A stretch of 35,421 nucleotides of DNA from Candidatus Micrarchaeota archaeon (GTDB taxonomy: Archaea; Micrarchaeota; Micrarchaeia; Micrarchaeales; CABMGC01): NCBI GenBank assembly GCA_021796295.1, contig JAJYIA010000003.1:1-35421 (forward strand), written 5' to 3'. Shown here piece by piece: positions 8,429 to 15,580 of this stretch. Numbering within the stretch: the first letter of the stretch is position 1; every line of letters starts with the position of its first letter. The notes under the pieces are model-generated. The model had not been told where the DNA came from and did no database searches. It saw nothing but the letters and a program-made list of their open reading frames with translations. A program made the position numbers and the translations under genes.

Positions 8429-9085
8429 ATGGATGTGAAATTTCTAAAGTGGACAGGACATGCTGGGTTCATGCTTGAGAGTGAGGGAAAGCACATATAC
8501 ATAGACCCGTTTAACATAGGCGAGGCCTCTAAAAGGGCCGATGCGATACTCATAACGCATCCTCATTTTGACCATATGAGCCAGAAGGATATAGAGGCCA
8601 TTGCCGATGACGAAACAGAGATTCTGCTTCCGAAGGACAGCGTGGAAAAACTTCAGCGCGGCAGGAAGACAGGCGTAGAGCCCGATAAGGAGTACACCGC
8701 AGCAGGCATAAAGGTGGAGACGATACCGGCTTACAATGTGGTAAGGGAGCGGCTAAACAACCATCCGAAGGAGAAGAAATGGGTAGGATACATTGTAGAG
8801 GCTGAAGGCCTGCGGATATACCATGCAGGCGACACTGATTTTATACCTGAGATGAAAGGCCTGGAGGTTGATCTCGCGCTGATTCCTATAGGCGGCACAT
8901 ACTGTATGGGCCTTGACGAGGCCATAGAGGCCGCGAAGGCGATGCATGCCAAGAGCATTGCGCCGATGCACTACAAGGCCCTTCTGGGAAAGGAAGGCAG
9001 CAAAGAGGCGGAGGAAAGGTTCAGAAAAGAAGTGAAGAACAGCATGATACTGAAGGAAATTGCTGGGCCGAGATACTCTTTTTAG
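8429..9085 (+). CDS. MBL-fold metallo-hydrolase
   Basis: GHAGF, YIDPF, THPHFDH, YHAGDTD, PMHY. Confidence 0.9.
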   Translation: MDVKFLKWTGHAGFMLESEGKHIYIDPFNIGEASKRADAILITHPHFDHMSQKDIEAIADDETEILLPKDSVEKLQRGRKTGVEPDKEYTAAGIKVETIPAYNVVRERLNNHPKEKKWVGYIVEAEGLRIYHAGDTDFIPEMKGLEVDLALIPIGGTYCMGLDEAIEAAKAMHAKSIAPMHYKALLGKEGSKEAEERFRKEVKNSMILKEIAGPRYSF

Positions 9086-9128
9086 GTAGGAAAACTGGAG
9101 TTGCACGCTTTATTGGCTCGGTGATAAA

Positions 9129-9518
9129 GTGGAGAAAACTAGAGCTGCAATATTAGCTGCGCCTATCGCTTTGGCGATGTTGCTTATGGTAGGCACAGGC
9201 TCTGCGCACGCAGAGCCGGTCTACGTGACATTCGTGAATGCAGGCAGTGTTCCGCAGGGTTCAAAGTTGGTTTTGAACATAACATATAATGTAACCACTG
9301 ATGAGGACTCTGGGTTTGTGGGATGCTGGGCCTTGGACACATACACAAAGCACGTGCAGACCTGGGAGGAGACGAATGGCAACTTTTATGTAGTCACGAG
9401 ATACGACGGTACATTCAGCACGTTTGCCGAAGCGCTTAGCCCTTAAGGCGGGGTCACTGGAAGCAGCGACGCCACAGGCACTTTCTCTGGAGGCTATGTA
9501 GACACATTTAGCGGTACT
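9129..9518 (+). pseudogene. Secreted protein pseudogene (internal TAA, truncated by IS-derived repeat)
   Basis: Signal peptide ending SAHA; frame continues past TAA 9444-9446 as GGVTGSSDATGTFSGGYVDTFSGT and is cut at the repeat junction. Confidence 0.7.
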
Positions 9519-9520
9519 TG

Positions 9521-9752
9521 CCAACACCGTGCGCCGAAGGCGCAGCGCCGATTTTCACAAAGCTGTCGCTATTCATGGTATCACGTCTGTGGCAGTTCCA
9601 AGCCGTGTTAAAACCGCGGCTCCACTGCCACTACGAAAAGATGTTGCAAGAAAACGTTTACGTTAGATGCGGCGACTGCGCTGCAGGGTGCAATTCGTCC
9701 GGACGCCCTGAAGGGCGTGGCTTACTTGCACCTCCAGACCACCCAATCAGTT
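9521..9752. repeat. Copy 1 of 232-bp direct repeat (truncated IS200-like end with tnpA 5' stub)
   Basis: Identical to 12089-12320 except 9601 A vs 12169 G. Confidence 0.95.
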
Positions 9753-9778
9753 TAATATCTTTTCTGGTTTATTAGATT

Positions 9779-10231
9779 ATGGAAGAATGCGTATTCTGTA
9801 AGATTGTTAAAGGAGATATTCCTTCGTATAAGATATACGGAGATACACGATTTATGGCGTTTCTTGACATATTTCCGAACATAAAAGGACAATCTTTGGT
9901 TATACCAAAGGCGCATTATGATAGTTATGTTTTTGATCTTGATGACAAGGCTTTGACTGATTTCATTGTAGCTACAAAGAAAGTCGCAAGAATTCTTGAG
10001 AAAGGACTTGAGGTAGGCAGGGTGCATATGGTTCTTGAAGGCACAGGAGTGAACCATCTGTACGCAAAATTATATCCAGCAATAGGGATGGGAAAAGGTT
10101 TCAAAGAATTTATAGCTGAAGAAAAAGTGCATTTCGACTCTTACAGAGGTTATGTCACGACTTTAATGGGACCTAAAGCAGAGGATAAAGACTTAAGGGA
10201 AGTCCTTGAGAAGGTAACCAAAAGGAGATAA
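9779..10231 (+). CDS. HIT-family hydrolase with degenerate histidine triad
   Basis: CVFCKIVKGDIP, AFLDIFP, GQSLVIPKAH; triad reads NHLYAK. Confidence 0.85.
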   Translation: MEECVFCKIVKGDIPSYKIYGDTRFMAFLDIFPNIKGQSLVIPKAHYDSYVFDLDDKALTDFIVATKKVARILEKGLEVGRVHMVLEGTGVNHLYAKLYPAIGMGKGFKEFIAEEKVHFDSYRGYVTTLMGPKAEDKDLREVLEKVTKRR

Positions 10232-10234
10232 GGC

Positions 10235-11602
10235 ATGACAATAGTATCTATCAATCCTGCAAACGAACAGGTGAACAAGGAATTCGAACCAATTACTCCT
10301 GATCAGGCGCTTGAAATATGTAAATCGGTAAAGGAAGCATTCTACAAATGGAAAGATACTAATATTGATGACAGAACTGCGCTTCTTAGAAGGTTTGGAA
10401 CTGTTCTTGAAGGCAAGAAAGCAGAATATGCAAGGCTAATGGGAATAGAGATGGGCAGGACTTATACCCAAGCTTTAGCGGAAATAGACACATGCATAAA
10501 AATATGCAATTATTTCACCGACAACAGCAAAACCTGGCTTCAAGATGAAGCTATAAAGACAGAATACGCCAAGAGCTATGTGTGCTTTGAGCCTTTAGGC
10601 GTTGTTCTTGCTATAATGCCGTGGAATTATCCATTTACACAAGTTATAAGATGTGCTGCGCCTGCTCTTGCTGCAGGTAATGTAGTAGTACTAAAGCATT
10701 CTAATGTCGTTCCTATGTGCGCTGTTGCCTTAGAAGAAGCATTCAAAGCTGCTGGCTTTCCTGATAAAGTTTTCAGAACCATAATAACAACGCATACTGC
10801 ATTACCTAAACTGATAAAAAGCAAATACATTGATGCGATATCTTTAACAGGAGGCACTGACGCAGGCAAAGCAGTGGCAAAGCTTGCAGCTTCAAACATA
10901 AAGAAGGTAGTGCTGGAGCTTGGCGGATCTAATGCTTTTGTAGTTTTGGCAGATGCAGATGTTGAATTGGCAGCAAAGAAAGCTGTAGAAACAAGAATTG
11001 CCTCTACAGGTCAGAGCTGTTCAGCTTCAAAGAGATTTATTGTAGTTCCAGAGGTAGCTGACGAATTTTCAAGAAGGGTAGTTGAGATAACGAAAAGCTT
11101 GGTAGTTGGAGATCAACTTGATCCAAAAACGCAGATAGGACCTCTTGCAAATAATGAACAGTTGCAGAAACTTGATGAACAGGTGAAAGATGCCATAGCA
11201 AAAGGAGCCGAATTAGAATGCGGCGGCATTAGAGTTGGCAACAAAGGCTTCATATATCAACCTACTGTACTCACAGGAGTTAAAAAGAACATGAAAGTTA
11301 TGAAAGAAGAAGTCTTTGGTCCGGTCATACCAATAATAAAGGTTAGGAATGAGGAAGAAGCAATAAAGCTTGCAAACAGCACTGATTACGGCCTGGGTGC
11401 AAGCATATGGACACGCGATGTCAAGCGCGGCGAAGAGATTGCAAAGAAGATGGAATCAGGAATGGCCTGCGTTAATAGAGGCGCGAATTCAGACTTCAGG
11501 ATGCCATTCGGAGGAGTAAAGAAAAGCGGAATAGGCAGGGAGTTTTCACGCTTCAGTCTATTCGAATTCGTTAATATAAAAACAGTAATAGTCTCTAGCT
11601 AA
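10235..11602 (+). CDS. NAD(P)-dependent aldehyde dehydrogenase (succinate-semialdehyde dehydrogenase-like)
   Basis: IMPWNYP, LELGGS, catalytic GQSC, EEVFGP, PFGGVKKSGIGRE. Confidence 0.92.
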   Translation: MTIVSINPANEQVNKEFEPITPDQALEICKSVKEAFYKWKDTNIDDRTALLRRFGTVLEGKKAEYARLMGIEMGRTYTQALAEIDTCIKICNYFTDNSKTWLQDEAIKTEYAKSYVCFEPLGVVLAIMPWNYPFTQVIRCAAPALAAGNVVVLKHSNVVPMCAVALEEAFKAAGFPDKVFRTIITTHTALPKLIKSKYIDAISLTGGTDAGKAVAKLAASNIKKVVLELGGSNAFVVLADADVELAAKKAVETRIASTGQSCSASKRFIVVPEVADEFSRRVVEITKSLVVGDQLDPKTQIGPLANNEQLQKLDEQVKDAIAKGAELECGGIRVGNKGFIYQPTVLTGVKKNMKVMKEEVFGPVIPIIKVRNEEEAIKLANSTDYGLGASIWTRDVKRGEEIAKKMESGMACVNRGANSDFRMPFGGVKKSGIGREFSRFSLFEFVNIKTVIVSS

Positions 11603-11639
11603 ATATGAATGATGATAAGGGGCTACGCTCCTTATGAAC

Positions 11640-12317
11640 CCTTTGCACGAGCGACTCGGAAGCCACGCCCTTTGGGCGTGGAGGGAGTAGCTAGATCACA
11701 TCGCGCTGACCAACGTTCGTTGCCTGTGATCCTGTGCCTTGACGTATCTCCTTGTTGTCTCTATATCAACATCCCCGACGCTCCTGTAGAATTTCCCTGG
11801 ACTCTAGGAATCACCGTGTGGGTATCTCAGCCTGAACTTTGGCTCGAACCGGAAAAGTTCGTAGGAACTTCTGCCTTTGAGCTGATGAAACACACCACTT
11901 ACGGAAAGAGTCGGCTTTAGTCCTATCACCAGATGGACGTGGTCGTCCTTTATCTCCATCTCGATGATTTTGCAACCAGGTTTCCTTGACTCTTCCTCCA
12001 CGTACCGGCAAGGAAATCCTTAAACCTTTCCTGCCTTGACATATTGTACAGGTATTTCGGGCACCACTCAAAGTGGAAAACAATCTGCCCAACACCGTGC
12101 GCCGAAGGCGCAGCGCCGATTTTCACAAAGCTGTCGCTATTCATGGTATCACGTCTGTGGCAGTTCCAGGCCGTGTTAAAACCGCGGCTCCACTGCCACT
12201 ACGAAAAGATGTTGCAAGAAAACGTTTACGTTAGATGCGGCGACTGCGCTGCAGGGTGCAATTCGTCCGGACGCCCTGAAGGGCGTGGCTTACTTGCACC
12301 TCCAGACCACCCAATCA
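11640..12317 (-). mobile_element. IS200/IS605-family element, tnpA only, ends approximate
   Basis: tnpA pseudogene flanked by palindromes CCACGCCC-TTT-GGGCGTGG (11663-11681) and ACGCCC-TGAA-GGGCGT (12271-12286); no tnpB. Confidence 0.8.
11696..12144 (-). pseudogene. tnpA: Y1 (HUH) transposase TnpA, one frameshift and one nonsense codon
   Basis: FHFEWCPKY (frame 1), DHVH and LKGRSS (frame 2), then after TAG SPGKFYRSVGDVDIETTRRYVKAQ with catalytic Tyr; GTGAT SD upstream of ATG. Confidence 0.9.
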
Positions 12318-12320
12318 GTT
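12089..12320. repeat. Copy 2 of 232-bp direct repeat
   Basis: 231/232 identity with 9521-9752. Confidence 0.95.
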
Positions 12321-13091
12321 AGATTCCTTCACGATTTGCCTTGCGATAGTGAGAAGCCTTTCGGGGCTTATCTTGAAAACTCTCTCGTCAGGGGTTGCCA
12401 CTGCAGAGGCAAGAGCAGCAGCAGAGTTCCTTTCAATCCCTAAAGAAAGCCTTGAGTCCTCTATGGCATTTTTCAGCCTTTTCTTCTTGTGCTGCATAAG
12501 GCATGAAATGGCATTTTCCTCCGCGCGGCTTATATTTAGTGTCTTGGGCCTTATGTATACGACTTCGGAATCCACCCTGGGCACAGGAAAGAAGTAGGAC
12601 CTGGGCACAGGCATTATCTCGGTAACGGAAAGCCTGAGAGCTGAGATGACGCTTAGCTTTGAGTACTTCCGCGTTCCGGGCCCTGCAAGCATGTGCTCGA
12701 CAAACTCTTTCTGCATGCATAGCACGGCCTCCTTGCCCTTTTCAATGATCCAGCCTACGGTCTTGCTCGATAGATTGTAAGGAATATTGGCTATGAGAAT
12801 GTCTATGCCATCTAAGTCGAGCTCTGTGTCGCTGAGCCTGAAGAAATCGGCATTGAGAAGCCTTAGATTCCCGCTTTTCAGGGTAAGCCAGAGGTAATCA
12901 TACAGCCTCTTGTCCTTCTCTACAGCAACAACGCTCTTCGCATTTCTGCATAGCTCTCTGGTAAGAATGCCGCGGCCTGGTCCTATTTCGAGGACGCGTT
13001 TGCCATGGGCGTGCTCTGCCTCAGCCCGGGCCACATGCGCATTGGCAAGGAAGACCTGGCCCAGCTTTTTTGACATGCGCAATGAAGCCAC
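12315..13091 (-). CDS. rsmA: 16S rRNA adenine dimethyltransferase RsmA/KsgA
   Basis: KKLGQVFL, VLEIGPGRG, ANIPYNLSS, YSKLSV, FFPVPRVDS. Confidence 0.93.
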   Translation of the reverse strand: MASLRMSKKLGQVFLANAHVARAEAEHAHGKRVLEIGPGRGILTRELCRNAKSVVAVEKDKRLYDYLWLTLKSGNLRLLNADFFRLSDTELDLDGIDILIANIPYNLSSKTVGWIIEKGKEAVLCMQKEFVEHMLAGPGTRKYSKLSVISALRLSVTEIMPVPRSYFFPVPRVDSEVVYIRPKTLNISRAEENAISCLMQHKKKRLKNAIEDSRLSLGIERNSAAALASAVATPDERVFKISPERLLTIARQIVKESN

Positions 13092-13095
13092 CCCG

Positions 13096-13389
13096 TTATG
13101 CCTTGCTTGCTTTGACCCTCTTAAGCCTTTTCTCCACCTCTGCGCTTATACTGTTGCCGAGCAGGAGTATGAATATGCCGACGGCGAGGGTTATCGCACC
13201 AGTATAGAGGTCGCCGTTCTTCGGCGCGCAGCACTGGATGGCTGCTGTGCTGCCCTCAGGTATGTTAGGGCAGTTGCAGATCCTAGCGTTATTCAGCACA
13301 TACCATACCGAAATGGAGACGATTCCGGCTATAATCCAGCCCAAGCCTGCGGCCAGCACCTCTTTTCTCATCGATTCATCCAGGAGCAT
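13096..13389 (-). CDS. Small two-TM membrane protein with Cys-rich loop
   Basis: Two hydrophobic helices flanking CNCP...CC loop; 4 bp from rsmA start. Confidence 0.7.
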   Translation of the reverse strand: MLLDESMRKEVLAAGLGWIIAGIVSISVWYVLNNARICNCPNIPEGSTAAIQCCAPKNGDLYTGAITLAVGIFILLLGNSISAEVEKRLKRVKASKA

Positions 13390-13422
13390 CGGCTTTCTAT
13401 TAGCTCAAGAACCTATTCGGTG

Positions 13423-13437
13423 CGAAAAGTATAAAAA
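13423..13437 (+). promoter_or_regulatory. BRE-TATA promoter of the Cys-rich micro-ORF
   Basis: CGAAAAG-TATAAAAA ending 28 nt before ATG 13466. Confidence 0.6.
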
Positions 13438-13465
13438 GTTGCATATGCCAATATAATACGGTTAT

Positions 13466-13570
13466 ATGTGCCAAACATGCGGATGCGCTCCGTGCATGAA
13501 GTGCGGTGCAGAGATAAAAAATAGGGTTTGCGCAGGCTGCAGCAAGCCTTCCAAGTCGTGCACATGCTAG
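13466..13570 (+). CDS. Metallothionein-like 34-aa Cys-rich peptide MCQTCGCAPCMKCGAEIKNRVCAGCSKPSKSCTC
   Basis: ATG..TAG; 9 Cys (all TGC) in CxxCxCxxCxxC / CxxC / CxC; no aromatic residues; upstream TATA; not in the supplied ORF track. Confidence 0.75.
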   Translation: MCQTCGCAPCMKCGAEIKNRVCAGCSKPSKSCTC

Positions 13571-13819
13571 GAGCAGGGACAATAGGCTGCACCAGCAGCA
13601 TGCAAAAGTTAGCCGAGATAGCTTATGCTGTAGTGTGGTAAACTGTTTTTTACATAATGTTAATGTGGGATTCTGCATTAATGCCTAATGCGCTGGTCTA
13701 GGCATATGCTTTTATACCTATCTGCCCTCTTATGCCATATGGAATGTGTGCAGATGTGATAATACACCTTTCCGATTCACATTAATGGCACGGCTTAAGC
13801 AGTATTTGCTTATGCTTTC

Positions 13820-15070
13820 ATGGATCTATCAACCTCATACCGGGGCGATAACTTGATATCCAGGGAGCTTAAGTGGTATTATGCCTCATTCAATCTCTTT
13901 GTGTTCTCCCAGGGGCTTATCGGAGCATTCCTGAACCTCTTCTTCTTTGCCAATGACTCATACGTGAGCGTGCTTTATTTCCAGCTCTTTGTAATTATAG
14001 GGGTAACTCTCGCGTTTATAGGCTCGGGTTACCTTCTCAGAAGTATAAAACCAAAGGACCTCTACGCAGCAGGTGAGATCGCCAGAGTTGTGATACTCAT
14101 ATCGCTTGTAGCCGCAGCCGGCTTCATATCCAACCTTTTCTTCTTCGGCATACTGTACGGCATATCAGGGGGCCTCTTCTGGTCGGGTAACAATATTATA
14201 ACGTATGACGTAACAGAGAAGATGGACAGGAACGCCTTTATCTCGTTTAACAACATAGCCAGCGGCGTTGCTACATTTGCGGCACCGTTCATGGCTGGAG
14301 TGCTCATACAGTTCTCATTGCTGAGGGGACCGCTGAGATTCCTCTGGGACTTCGCCGCAGCAGGCGCAATACTGGGGCTCTCCGCAGTAACAATACGCAG
14401 GATAGGCAGAGCAGACGGCGAGGTGCTGCCGTCATTCTCGTTTAGAGACACAATTATAAAGGGTAGGAGCATGTACCAGAAATTCAAGGCCTATTTCTTC
14501 CTGAGCCAGATCTTCGCAATACCTTTCCTGATCATACTGCCGATATATGTCTTTCAGATTACAGGCAGCTACCTCATTGCAGGCATCTTCACGAGCTATA
14601 TGGTATTGGCCTCTGTGGCATCAAACTTCATATTCAGGAACGGGGCCAGAAGATGGGATCTCTTCATGAGAATTGCAGTGCTGGCAATCATGCTCTCTTC
14701 GATTACACTCCTCATGCCCAAAATAATACAGCCTCCGTGGAATGCCTTCCTATTTACAGGATTATACACCTTCTTCTCTACTCCGCTTAACAACAAGGCC
14801 GCGTTAAACTTCTACAAGCTGATTGACTCGAACCGCGACATAAACCGCGTCTTCTTCTGGATAAACAGAGAGTATTACATCAATATAGCAAGGGCTCTTG
14901 TTGTCCTGCTTATGTTTGCGCTTCTTTTTGTGTTCAGGGTAAGCAGCCTGGGCCTTTTGCTGATGCTGCCTTTCCTCACGCCTTACGCGCTCATATTCCT
15001 GAAGGTTTCGCATGACGGAATTCCAATGAAGGGAATTAGTCTTATCAGAGGCATAGTGCAGAAATACTGA
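13820..15070 (+). CDS. MFS transporter
   Basis: 416 aa, about 12 hydrophobic segments in two halves; GISGGLFW, APFMAGVLI. Confidence 0.8.
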   Translation: MDLSTSYRGDNLISRELKWYYASFNLFVFSQGLIGAFLNLFFFANDSYVSVLYFQLFVIIGVTLAFIGSGYLLRSIKPKDLYAAGEIARVVILISLVAAAGFISNLFFFGILYGISGGLFWSGNNIITYDVTEKMDRNAFISFNNIASGVATFAAPFMAGVLIQFSLLRGPLRFLWDFAAAGAILGLSAVTIRRIGRADGEVLPSFSFRDTIIKGRSMYQKFKAYFFLSQIFAIPFLIILPIYVFQITGSYLIAGIFTSYMVLASVASNFIFRNGARRWDLFMRIAVLAIMLSSITLLMPKIIQPPWNAFLFTGLYTFFSTPLNNKAALNFYKLIDSNRDINRVFFWINREYYINIARALVVLLMFALLFVFRVSSLGLLLMLPFLTPYALIFLKVSHDGIPMKGISLIRGIVQKY

Positions 15071-15100
15071 AGGCTTTACTCAGAAATGACATATTCCTGC

Positions 15101-15565
15101 CTATAGGCGGGCCAGGACGCCACTCTTATCTATTCTGCCTTTTGCTATCTCAGAAGAGGATATAGGGATGCCGTTCTCTGCCATGACCCTCCTTACCATC
15201 ACTATGCGCAGTGCTTTGAGGCCTTTTTTCCTGCGTATCGTGTTTATCTCCTTAGCTGCAGCAAGAGTTTCAGACGTTACGACAATCACATCAAAGTCAT
15301 TGCTTAGTGAGGGGCCGTACCTGTCGCTTATGGGCATTATGAAAAAGGGCTTGCCGAACCCCCTCAGCCTTTTTATTAGAACATTCTTTCTTTTTGCATA
15401 GGGCTCAGCATAGCCTGGCTTGTGCTTCCTTACATAGGCATCTGTTGTAAGGCCCACATATACCTCATCGCCTGATGCAAAGGCCTTTTTCAGGAATGCA
15501 AGGTGGCCTTTATGCAGATGCGAAAAGGTGCCGCCTATTACAACCCTTCTCATGTTTCTCTGCAT
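15101..15565 (-). CDS. coaD: Archaeal phosphopantetheine adenylyltransferase
   Basis: GGTFSHLHKGH, VGLTTD, DRYGP, IVVTSET, PISSSEI. Confidence 0.88.
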   Translation of the reverse strand: MQRNMRRVVIGGTFSHLHKGHLAFLKKAFASGDEVYVGLTTDAYVRKHKPGYAEPYAKRKNVLIKRLRGFGKPFFIMPISDRYGPSLSNDFDVIVVTSETLAAAKEINTIRRKKGLKALRIVMVRRVMAENGIPISSSEIAKGRIDKSGVLARL

Positions 15566-15580
15566 AAATACACCATTGAA

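Noticed and set aside
9444-9446. Programmed readthrough or recoding of the in-frame TAA
   Set aside because: TAA terminates many genes here and the gene is also truncated by the IS repeat, so a nonsense mutation is simpler
9518-9775. ORFs 9518-9775 and 12044-12322 with near-identical translation
   Set aside because: Products of the DNA repeat, antisense to tnpA and through hairpins; not protein-like
11603-12320. TnpB/IscB RNA-guided nuclease
   Set aside because: No RuvC, HNH or zinc-finger coding remnant found; only tnpA
13400-13678. Listed minus-strand Cys-containing ORFs 13400-13678 and 13413-13601
   Set aside because: Antisense shadows of the TGC/GCA-rich metallothionein-like ORF; no motif or promoter support
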